Assembly: GCF_018398935.1 (NCBI RefSeq)
Contig: NZ_CP074694.1
Location: 1,050,001 to 1,082,000, forward strand
Length of the DNA stretch: 32,000 nucleotides
Direction: 5' to 3'
Source: Telmatocola sphagniphila
GTDB taxonomy: Bacteria > Planctomycetota > Planctomycetia > Gemmatales > Gemmataceae
Below, one piece after another: positions 8,463 through 14,852 of this stretch (position 1 is its first letter; every line of letters begins with the position of its first letter). A model generated the notes under the pieces. It saw only the letters and a program-made list of their open reading frames with translations. It did not search any database and was not told where the DNA came from. The position numbers and the translations under genes are program-made.

Positions 8463-9116
8463 ATGAAACAACTCTCGGCCCGGCGCGGCAGGCCGAAAGA
8501 TTCGGCTTTAATCGAACGACGGCGCGATTCGATTCTCGCGGCCGCTTCCCGGATTTTTGCCGCCAAGGGTTACCCCGACACAGATATCCAGGAGATCGCC
8601 GACCGGAGTGGCGTGGCCAAGGGGACCGTATATCTCTATTTCTCGAGCAAGGAAGAACTGTTTCTGGCCACCGTCGATAGGGCCATGCGCAGCTTAAGCG
8701 AGCGAATCAGCGCGGCAACCGAAGCGATCGAAGACCCCATTGATCGACTGGAAATGGGCGTAAAAACCTACTTCGCACACTTTCGGGAGAATCCGGCTCA
8801 CGCTGAGTTGTTGATCATCGAAAGAGCCGAATATCGCGATCGAAAGACGCCGACTTATATCGAACACAAACGCGTTAACTGCACCCGCTGGGAACCCATT
8901 TACGAGAGCCTGATCGAAATGGGACGAATTCGGCAGATGCCCGTCGACCGCATCATCCGGGTGACTTCCGATCTGATGTACGGCACAATGTTCACTGATC
9001 ATTTTTTAGAGAAAAAACGCACGCCGGAAGAGCAGGCCACGGACGTTCTGGATGTGGTTTTTCATGGTATTTTGACGCCGGCCGAATGCCGGCGCCGAAA
9101 GCTTCGCGGCGCGTAA
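8463..9116 (+). CDS. TetR/AcrR-family transcriptional regulator
   Basis: The N-terminal HTH signature is RRDSILAAASRIFAAKGYPDTDIQEIADRSGVAKGTVYLYFSSKEELF. The gene is divergent from the RND operon. Confidence 0.93.
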   Translation: MKQLSARRGRPKDSALIERRRDSILAAASRIFAAKGYPDTDIQEIADRSGVAKGTVYLYFSSKEELFLATVDRAMRSLSERISAATEAIEDPIDRLEMGVKTYFAHFRENPAHAELLIIERAEYRDRKTPTYIEHKRVNCTRWEPIYESLIEMGRIRQMPVDRIIRVTSDLMYGTMFTDHFLEKKRTPEEQATDVLDVVFHGILTPAECRRRKLRGA

Positions 9117-9121
9117 TACCC

Positions 9122-10405
9122 TTACTTCGCGGCCTTCCTCTGGTTCTCCAAAAACGGCCCAAACTGCTCGTAATAGGCTTTGTGATCGCCGCCATGATCG
9201 GCCTGCGGCATGATCACCACTTTCTTGCTGCCCGGAATCTGATTGCAGGCCGCGATCGCCCCTTCGGGCGGACAGACCGTATCGACGAGTCCGATGCCAA
9301 TCAGGGCAGGGCACTTGATATTTTTCGCGAAGTTGACGACATCGAAATACCGCGATGCCTCCAGCATCTTCTTCTCGTCTTTCTTCTGCCAGGTCCGGCT
9401 CGCCCAATTTGGCCAACCGGGAGCACGGCCCGCCGCCTTACCTGTATGATCGCAACCGGCGGGGACATTCGCGGCCACCGCCGTGACGGCCGGGTGAAAG
9501 CCTGCCGTGACCAGAGCCTGATATCCTCCCTGACTTCCACCCTGGACGACCAGAGTTTTCTTGTTCCAATCGGGACTTTGGGTCAGATAATCGACGGCCC
9601 GCCAGCAACTCAGAAACATCGGCAAGAAATAGCTCGTATTGCGGTCGTCGTTGCCGATGCCCGGGTAATCGTTCAGCTCTTTATTCGATTTCTGCTTATA
9701 AAACTCTTCCTTTTCATCGATCGGTAGATCGTGGGCCGAGATATTCAGAACCAGCCAGCCGTTTCGCGCGTAACCGAGAATCCAATCTTTCTGCAAGGGA
9801 TACACTCCCGCCCATTGCACCTGCAAAAGTGCGGGCAGGTTGGTTTTTCCCGTGGGTTTCGCTAATTGACCATGAATCTTGATGCCTCGGATATTATCCA
9901 GCGTGATCTTGTAATACTCAACGTTCTTGTCGCCGACATCGACTCGCTCCAACTGAGCATTCATTCCAATGTTGTTCAGCTGATCGATCTGATCCTTCCA
10001 AAATTTCTCGAAGTCTTCCGGCGGGGGAGAGGACGCTTTGATCTTTTCCGGCGCGAAAACGGCGCCGCCTAACGCACTCAATTCTTTGCCGCCGTCCTTG
10101 GGCTTGTATTTCACGGTCAGTAGTAGCGTTCCGGGATCATCCCGCATGGAGAGAATCTTTGCTTCTCCTTGGTTCAGTTCGACGGTTCCAGAAGTCAGTT
10201 TAGTCAAACCCCCCTTGGTAACTGTGTAGTCGATTGAGCCCTCAAGTGGCTTATCCCCCTCTTTGAGGGAAACCTTCCAGGTGACTTTCTGTCCGAGTTC
10301 ATAGATTCCCGATTTCTGATCGGGGCTGACCTTCAACTGCGGTGCGGCCTGCAGTCCAAAATTCAAAGCCAATAGCCAAAGACATGCGGAGAGTCGGATT
10401 AGCAT
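9122..10405 (-). CDS. Exported acetyl xylan esterase / cephalosporin-C deacetylase-like alpha/beta hydrolase (AXE1/CE7-type)
   Basis: The signal peptide is MLIRLSACLWLLALNFGLQAAP. The nucleophile elbow VVQGGSQGGYQAL has the GGSQGG motif characteristic of the AXE1 family, and a C-terminal ..MPQADHGG.. segment supplies a candidate catalytic His. Confidence 0.82.
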   Translation of the reverse strand: MLIRLSACLWLLALNFGLQAAPQLKVSPDQKSGIYELGQKVTWKVSLKEGDKPLEGSIDYTVTKGGLTKLTSGTVELNQGEAKILSMRDDPGTLLLTVKYKPKDGGKELSALGGAVFAPEKIKASSPPPEDFEKFWKDQIDQLNNIGMNAQLERVDVGDKNVEYYKITLDNIRGIKIHGQLAKPTGKTNLPALLQVQWAGVYPLQKDWILGYARNGWLVLNISAHDLPIDEKEEFYKQKSNKELNDYPGIGNDDRNTSYFLPMFLSCWRAVDYLTQSPDWNKKTLVVQGGSQGGYQALVTAGFHPAVTAVAANVPAGCDHTGKAAGRAPGWPNWASRTWQKKDEKKMLEASRYFDVVNFAKNIKCPALIGIGLVDTVCPPEGAIAACNQIPGSKKVVIMPQADHGGDHKAYYEQFGPFLENQRKAAK

Positions 10406-10555
10406 GGAACTTACCCATTGGAATGGCGGTTGATGACAAAACAGATTTTAAACAAGGCAGAAGGAATTATCCAGCAGTCGTTTTTTGTTAGCGTGGAAGT
10501 TTGGACTCAGACTATAGGCATCATATGAAAGCTGGAATAAGTTAGAGGAGTTACC

Positions 10556-11245
10556 ATGCATTCCTGGCAGTTCATGCTGAATATTTTCCTGGCCATCCTT
10601 TTTGGAGCCGCAATTGGCTTCGAGCGCCAGTGGCGGCATCACACGGCCGGGTTGCGCACGAATACTCTCGTCTCACTCGGTGCGGCCATGTTCGTCTCCC
10701 TGTCGTTGCTGATGGACGACAAGGCCAGCCCGACCCGGATCGCTTCCTACATCGTCAGCGGCCTGGGATTTCTCGGTGGCGGCGTGATTCTCCGCGACGG
10801 CATGAACGTCAAAGGCATCAACACCGCAGCCACCATCTGGTGTACTGGAGCGATTGGTACACTCTCCGGGGCGGGATTTCTGATCGAGGCTCTGACCGGA
10901 ACAATAGCAATTTTGTTTGTAAATATCGGACTGCGCCCGGTGGTGGCGAAGATTGAAACACGCCGTCGCATTGCCCCCGATGTGGAGACCTATTATCGCG
11001 TTCGCATTCGGTGTAAGGGGCATCACGAAGCGGTTGTGCGTATGATCCTGCTTCGCCATGTGGGAGCGAACGAACGGATGAGCATTCTGAGCCTGGCAAC
11101 AGACGAGTCGGAGAAAGATGGTCCGATGGTCGTCGCCGAAATTTATGCGGTCGAACGAAACGATCGTTTCATGGAAGATATTATTGCCCGAGTGAGCATT
11201 GAACCGGATGTGCTGGGCGCCAGCTGGGAGAAGGTGCAGACGTGA
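10556..11245 (+). CDS. mgtC: MgtC/SapB-family membrane protein
   Basis: The sequence AILFGAAIGFERQWRHHTAGLRTNTLVSLGAAMF...GLGFLGGGVILRDG..VKGINTAATIWCTGAIGTLSGAG is the conserved MgtC core, followed by a soluble ACT-like C-terminal domain. A GAGGAG Shine-Dalgarno sequence lies 7 nt upstream of the ATG. Confidence 0.9.
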   Translation: MHSWQFMLNIFLAILFGAAIGFERQWRHHTAGLRTNTLVSLGAAMFVSLSLLMDDKASPTRIASYIVSGLGFLGGGVILRDGMNVKGINTAATIWCTGAIGTLSGAGFLIEALTGTIAILFVNIGLRPVVAKIETRRRIAPDVETYYRVRIRCKGHHEAVVRMILLRHVGANERMSILSLATDESEKDGPMVVAEIYAVERNDRFMEDIIARVSIEPDVLGASWEKVQT

Positions 11246-11246
11246 T

Positions 11247-11265
11247 CTCGCCGGGAAGCGGCGAG
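11247..11265 (+). terminator. Candidate intrinsic terminator after mgtC
   Basis: CTCGCCG-GGAAG-CGGCGAG forms a perfect 7-bp GC-rich stem. It starts 2 nt after the stop codon and is followed by a moderately T-rich stretch (TATTCATGTCTCTTC). Confidence 0.4.
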
Positions 11266-11477
11266 TATTCATGTCTCTTCGATTTCCTTAACCTGTGATC
11301 TGGTATTGTCTTGGGTGGTACTGGCCACTTGCCAGTGCGTATTCAAATTAATTTGATCACTGATGCGTAGTTAAGAACGATTTCCGACTTTGAGATTGCC
11401 ATGTTTCTGGATTGTGATCGTGGGCTTTCAAACATCCTTCGCAATTGCGGGAAAAATTGCCCTTTTTTTCTTTAATC

Positions 11478-11675
11478 GGACGTGTAAGCGAGGGCAGATG
11501 AGTTGCGCTGCCTATCTTCGTTAGCCCGACGCGTAAGCGAGGGCAATAATAAATAATATTCCATCTCCGCGAACCGACTATACAAAGAAAGTTTGTGTAC
11601 ATTATTTATACAAAACAATTCCATTCATTGTTCATGGACCTATATATACTCACTGCCCTCGCCAACGCTTCGGGT
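11478..11675. repeat. Iteron-like repeats flanking an AT-rich core
   Basis: GGACGTGTAAGCGAGGGCA (11478-11496) and CGACGCGTAAGCGAGGGCA (11527-11545) are direct copies 49 bp apart. An inverted partial copy, CTGCCCTCGCCAACGC (from 11653), shares the core GCGAGGGCAG. The segment between them (11546-11650) is strongly AT-rich. Confidence 0.45.
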
Positions 11676-12163
11676 CAAACAAGACGGCGTCCAAAGCTTT
11701 CAAAATTGCCCCTCACAATCACGGTCGACAAGGCATTATCATGTGGCTAAACTGAAATACCCAGATCTTGTTTTAGCCTCAATCAACGACTGTTTTCCCA
11801 TTGCGAATTCAACATCGCCGGCTTTTGACATTGAAACAGCGAGAACAACAGATTCTCTATCAAAGCGGACGATGACACAAACCTCCTCTACTGAAACGGA
11901 GTCGTTAAAAGTGAATGTTGCCAGTTGGTTCACGACGCACCTCCACCAGTTGATAAAATAATAGAATGCGATTGCGGCGAGCTTATCAAAGTCACTTCCA
12001 CATACCCACATACTGGATTTGATACTTGGGTGCAGGAAGATGACCCTTCTGGGCTCCCCCACAACCCACCTTGCCCGAGAGCCTCCAACGGTTTAAGCTT
12101 TAGCGTGCGTTCCATCCAGAACGCATTCCTCACATCGTATCCCTCATTTCCCCGCTACCTGCC

Positions 12164-13237
12164 ATGACCCAGCCAAGAAAAAAACGAAAAATTCAGTACT
12201 TCGTACCACTCGACAAAATCACCGAACGGGCCGCCGAGTGGATCTGGAAGCCCTGGCTGCCGATCGGCAAACTATGCCTGCTCGACGGCGATCCCGGACA
12301 AGGTAAATCGCTTGTTACGCTCGATCTGGCTGCCCGAATTTCTCAAGGTCGATCTTTTCCCGATCGGCAACGAAACGCCCTCGGCCCCGCCAATGTGCTA
12401 CTCATTTGCTGCGAAGATAACTTGCGAGATACCGTGTTGCCGCGCTTGCAATCTTTGGGGGCGGATCTCTCGAGAATCTTCAGCTATCAGTCGAACTCGA
12501 CGAAGTCGATCCCTAACGCGCTCCCAAAATTTCCCAGAGATTTCCGCAAGCTGGAGTCGACTCTGCGCCGTACCAAGGCGAGACTCGTCATCGTCGACCC
12601 GCTTCTTCCATTTCTCAGCGCTTCCACGAATGGCATCACTCAACAATCGGTTCGTAAAGTCCTGGGGCCGCTGGCGAGGATGGCCGAGCGTCTTCAAGTG
12701 ACATTCCTCTTCGTCCGATTATTAAACAAAACCAACGGAAAAACAGCGATCTATCGAGGTTCGGGCAGTATGAGCATTCTTTCCAGCATGCGCAGTGCCC
12801 TGCTTATTGGCCGGCATCCCCACAATCCGGAGAAGAGGATTTTGGCTCCGGTGAAAAACAACCTCACCGCCGAAGCGCAAGGACTACAGTTTGTGCTGCA
12901 GAGCAAAGCGGAGGCCGTGAACGTGAAGTGGGAGGGGAAGGTGAATATTCGAGCCAACGAACTGATTGGAGATTTCAAAAGCCTGCCTCCCACCGAATGG
13001 CTGCGCGGCTTCCTCAGCGATAAACATTTCCAGAGCAAGAAGGTCTACGAGGCCGGTCTGAAAGCCGGCTATTCCAGCGCTACACTGGAACGGGCCAAAG
13101 CGACTCTGGGCATAAAATCCAAGGCCAAAAGGCATGCCAACGGCCGCATTGTCTGGTACTGGCTGCCTCCGGGCGAGAAGGATTTTCCGTGGGAGGAGAT
13201 CTGTGAACTCGGTTTTGAGCACAATCCTCATGATTGA
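12164..13237 (+). CDS. RepA-like / AAA_25-type RecA-fold ATPase of mobile-element origin
   Basis: The Walker A motif is LLDGDPGQGKSLVTLDLAA and the Walker B-like motif is ARLVIVDPLLPF. A later segment, YRGSGSMSILSSMRSALLI, and a C-terminal winged-helix-like tail (KKVYEAGLKAGYSSATLERAKATLGIKSKAK) follow. This architecture is typical of plasmid, phage and genomic-island replicative or primase-associated ATPases. Confidence 0.78.
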   Translation: MTQPRKKRKIQYFVPLDKITERAAEWIWKPWLPIGKLCLLDGDPGQGKSLVTLDLAARISQGRSFPDRQRNALGPANVLLICCEDNLRDTVLPRLQSLGADLSRIFSYQSNSTKSIPNALPKFPRDFRKLESTLRRTKARLVIVDPLLPFLSASTNGITQQSVRKVLGPLARMAERLQVTFLFVRLLNKTNGKTAIYRGSGSMSILSSMRSALLIGRHPHNPEKRILAPVKNNLTAEAQGLQFVLQSKAEAVNVKWEGKVNIRANELIGDFKSLPPTEWLRGFLSDKHFQSKKVYEAGLKAGYSSATLERAKATLGIKSKAKRHANGRIVWYWLPPGEKDFPWEEICELGFEHNPHD

Positions 13238-13460
13238 TCAAAATGCCGTTAATTCCCGAGAAATAGTCAAAGGTCATCAAATTCGCGTTTTCCACTATGT
13301 GAAAAATGATGATCTGATGACCTTTAAGGAGAAACCACTGCAAAAACGAGAAATAGCGAGTGGTAGGGATTGGTAGTAAATGTGAGAGTCGATTGAACAA
13401 AGACTCTGTTTTGAGTCGGGTAAAGTGTGAAAAGGGCGATTGGTTACTTCAGTTAGAGGC

Positions 13461-13625
13461 CTAGATTCCTCGTTTGCGGCCGAACACCAGGGAGAAGATC
13501 AGGAGGACAATAAATATGAAAAAGAGTATGCGGGCAATCTCTTCAGCTCCGCTGGCAATGCCTCCGAAACCGAAAATAGCGGCAATGATTGCGACAATAA
13601 AGAAACCGATGGCGTAACGAAGCAT
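13461..13625 (-). CDS. ytjA: Small membrane protein, YtjA/UPF0391 (DUF1328) family, 54 aa
   Basis: This gene is absent from the ORF track because it is under 60 aa. The reverse-strand ATG at 13625 gives [54 protein letters not shown], with a stop (TAG) at 13463-13461. It is collinear with E. coli YtjA as I remember it ([53 protein letters not shown]). Confidence 0.85.
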   Translation of the reverse strand: MLRYAIGFFIVAIIAAIFGFGGIASGAEEIARILFFIFIVLLIFSLVFGRKRGI

Positions 13626-13789
13626 AAGCGACCTTTCTTAATAGGGAATAACATTCTACTCAAACTTCCAAATGAGGTGGCTCGTATAAGTGTCCGATCA
13701 GTCGATTGCCCGTGGGTGCCGGGCAAAGGAAACGAGTGGGTTGGGGGAGAGGACTCAGTGCAATCAAGAAATCGAGCAAAGGAATTATT

Positions 13790-13807
13790 GAGAGGAGTTT
13801 TCCTCTC
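13790..13807 (-). terminator. Candidate terminator downstream of the CobN-like operon
   Basis: GAGAGGA-GTTT-TCCTCTC forms a perfect 7-bp stem. It lies ~115 nt downstream of the DUF2149-like stop on the minus strand and is followed on that strand by AATAATTCCTTTGC. Confidence 0.3.
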
Positions 13808-13921
13808 TTATTATGAGAATATCACCGTTGCTCGGGGAGAGCAATGGCTTCGAAATCTATCAGGATGGCTACTGTCCTACGTGTGTCATGATGCTTTAGC
13901 GGATGCGGGGCCGAAAGACAG

Positions 13922-14236
13922 TTACTTCTTCTTTTCCGGAACGTAGACCACTTTGCCCGATTTGAGCCGATAAGCCGTACCGAGGCGTTCCCCTTCACCG
14001 GTAAGCTGGTTGTTCGTCATTCGCAACGTTTCCACTTCTTTCCCCTGTTGGGTTACGATCTCCATATCGGGCTCACCAGGATTCTTCACAGGCGTGCCGG
14101 AGGCTTCCGAATTCCGAGTCACCGTCCAGGTAGCTAACAGCACCGCCACGGCGAAGACCAGCCAGACATCGAATAGATTCAGAAGTCCCGCTGCCGGATC
14201 GTCTTCTTCCAGTTCCCACTTTCGTTTTTTACGCAT
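13922..14236 (-). CDS. DUF2149-like single-pass membrane protein (ExbD/TolR-like topology)
   Basis: The product is 104 aa. A basic and acidic N-terminus (MRKKRKWELEEDDPAAG) is followed by one TM helix (LLNLFDVWLVFAVAVLLATW) and a ~65-aa soluble C-terminal domain. The start overlaps the upstream stop by 8 nt (ATGCGTAA). The family call rests on remembered size, topology and neighbourhood with CobN and MotA/ExbB homologues, not on an alignment. Confidence 0.7.
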   Translation of the reverse strand: MRKKRKWELEEDDPAAGLLNLFDVWLVFAVAVLLATWTVTRNSEASGTPVKNPGEPDMEIVTQQGKEVETLRMTNNQLTGEGERLGTAYRLKSGKVVYVPEKKK

Positions 14237-14852
14237 GGTCGGGCTTCTCGGGATAGAGTCGATTCAGAATGTACTCGAGATTGTCTAGATCCCGACTGGC
14301 CCAGGAACGACGAACCAAGCCGATGCCATAGGAGATACAACTTGTGACCAAACCCACTACGGTGGCGGCGAAGGCGACCACTAAATTCGAAGAAAGCTGT
14401 TGGACATTACCAGAGCTCAAGCCAGTCAGAGCCGGACCCAATGGAATGAGTGTTCCGAGCAAACCCAACATCGGACTAACGCGAGTAAGAAAAGAGAGTT
14501 TAGCGATGACATCCGCCGTGTCGCTTTCGAGATCTGAGAGACGCTTTCGTAGAACATCGGCGGAAGCGGGTCGTGTCGGGAGTCCTCGAATGAGAGCAGC
14601 GATTAAAGGATTTCGCGCCGACTGGAGTTGCTTCCATACATCGGAGAGTTCCAATTGCGGTTCGTCGCAGGCCAGAACAAGGTTTTTCAATGGCCGCTGG
14701 TGTCGAGCGCGTATGGCCCAGTCTCTTAAAAATGTGCCAGACAGAACGAGCACACCGGCAAGACAAATGAGAACCGCTAGTAAGACGGGTATGAGCAAGG
14801 CTCCGGAGATGACGGACATTACCTCCGTGATCGATGCAACGGTTTTATCCAT
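14229..14852 (-). CDS. MotA/TolQ/ExbB-family proton channel protein
   Basis: There are three TM segments. The family signature SPMLGLLGTLIPLGPAL lies in the second and LVVAFAATVVGLVTSCISYGIGLV in the third. I prefer the ATG at 14852 (MDKTVASITEV...), which overlaps the CobN-like stop by 8 nt (ATGGATAA). The ORF-track start at 14882 would overlap by 38 nt. Confidence 0.88.
   Translation of the reverse strand: MDKTVASITEVMSVISGALLIPVLLAVLICLAGVLVLSGTFLRDWAIRARHQRPLKNLVLACDEPQLELSDVWKQLQSARNPLIAALIRGLPTRPASADVLRKRLSDLESDTADVIAKLSFLTRVSPMLGLLGTLIPLGPALTGLSSGNVQQLSSNLVVAFAATVVGLVTSCISYGIGLVRRSWASRDLDNLEYILNRLYPEKPDHA

Noticed and set aside
8261-8566. 101-aa minus-strand ORF in the efflux/TetR intergenic region, and a 9-bp direct repeat TTTGAACTC (about 8284 and 8431)
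   Set aside because: The ORF overlaps the TetR start in antisense and has no motifs. A single 9-mer recurrence within a ~290-bp region is not far from chance expectation.
9006-9727. ORFs of 136 aa (minus strand), 213 aa (plus strand) and others overlapping the esterase and TetR genes
   Set aside because: They are out-of-frame or antisense shadows of genes with clear family signatures.
10673-11272. 199-aa minus-strand ORF opposite mgtC
   Set aside because: It is antisense to a gene with an unambiguous MgtC signature, and it has no motifs of its own.
11266-11400. Search for a tRNA or tmRNA gene as an integration site at the island edge (and anywhere else in the window)
   Set aside because: No GGTTCGAATCC-type T-arm or cloverleaf-compatible segment was seen on either strand. 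This is an eyeball search only, and tRNAscan-SE or ARAGORN would be decisive.
11478-11545. Possibility that the repeated GTAAGCGAGGGCA units are a CRISPR array
   Set aside because: There are only two direct copies plus one inverted partial copy. The repeat is too short, and there is no regular repeat-spacer periodicity and no cas genes.
11357-11961. 81-aa minus-strand ORF, 122-aa plus-strand ORF and the 80-aa TTG ORF (11925..12167) in the AT-rich island
   Set aside because: They have no ATG with a ribosome-binding context, odd composition and no motifs. They also overlap the iteron-like repeats. The ATGA overlap of 11925..12167 with the ATPase start is suggestive but insufficient.
13080-13400. 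Small ORFs 13134..13376 (plus strand, including a 48-aa ATG ORF from 13230) and 13080..13400 (minus strand)
   Set aside because: Their similar peptides on both strands are produced by an 11-bp inverted DNA repeat. They overlap the end of the ATPase gene and have no motifs.
13440-13946. 168-aa plus-strand ORF
   Set aside because: Its 5' part is antisense to the clearly conserved YtjA/DUF1328 gene. The rest crosses intergenic hairpins, and it has no motifs.
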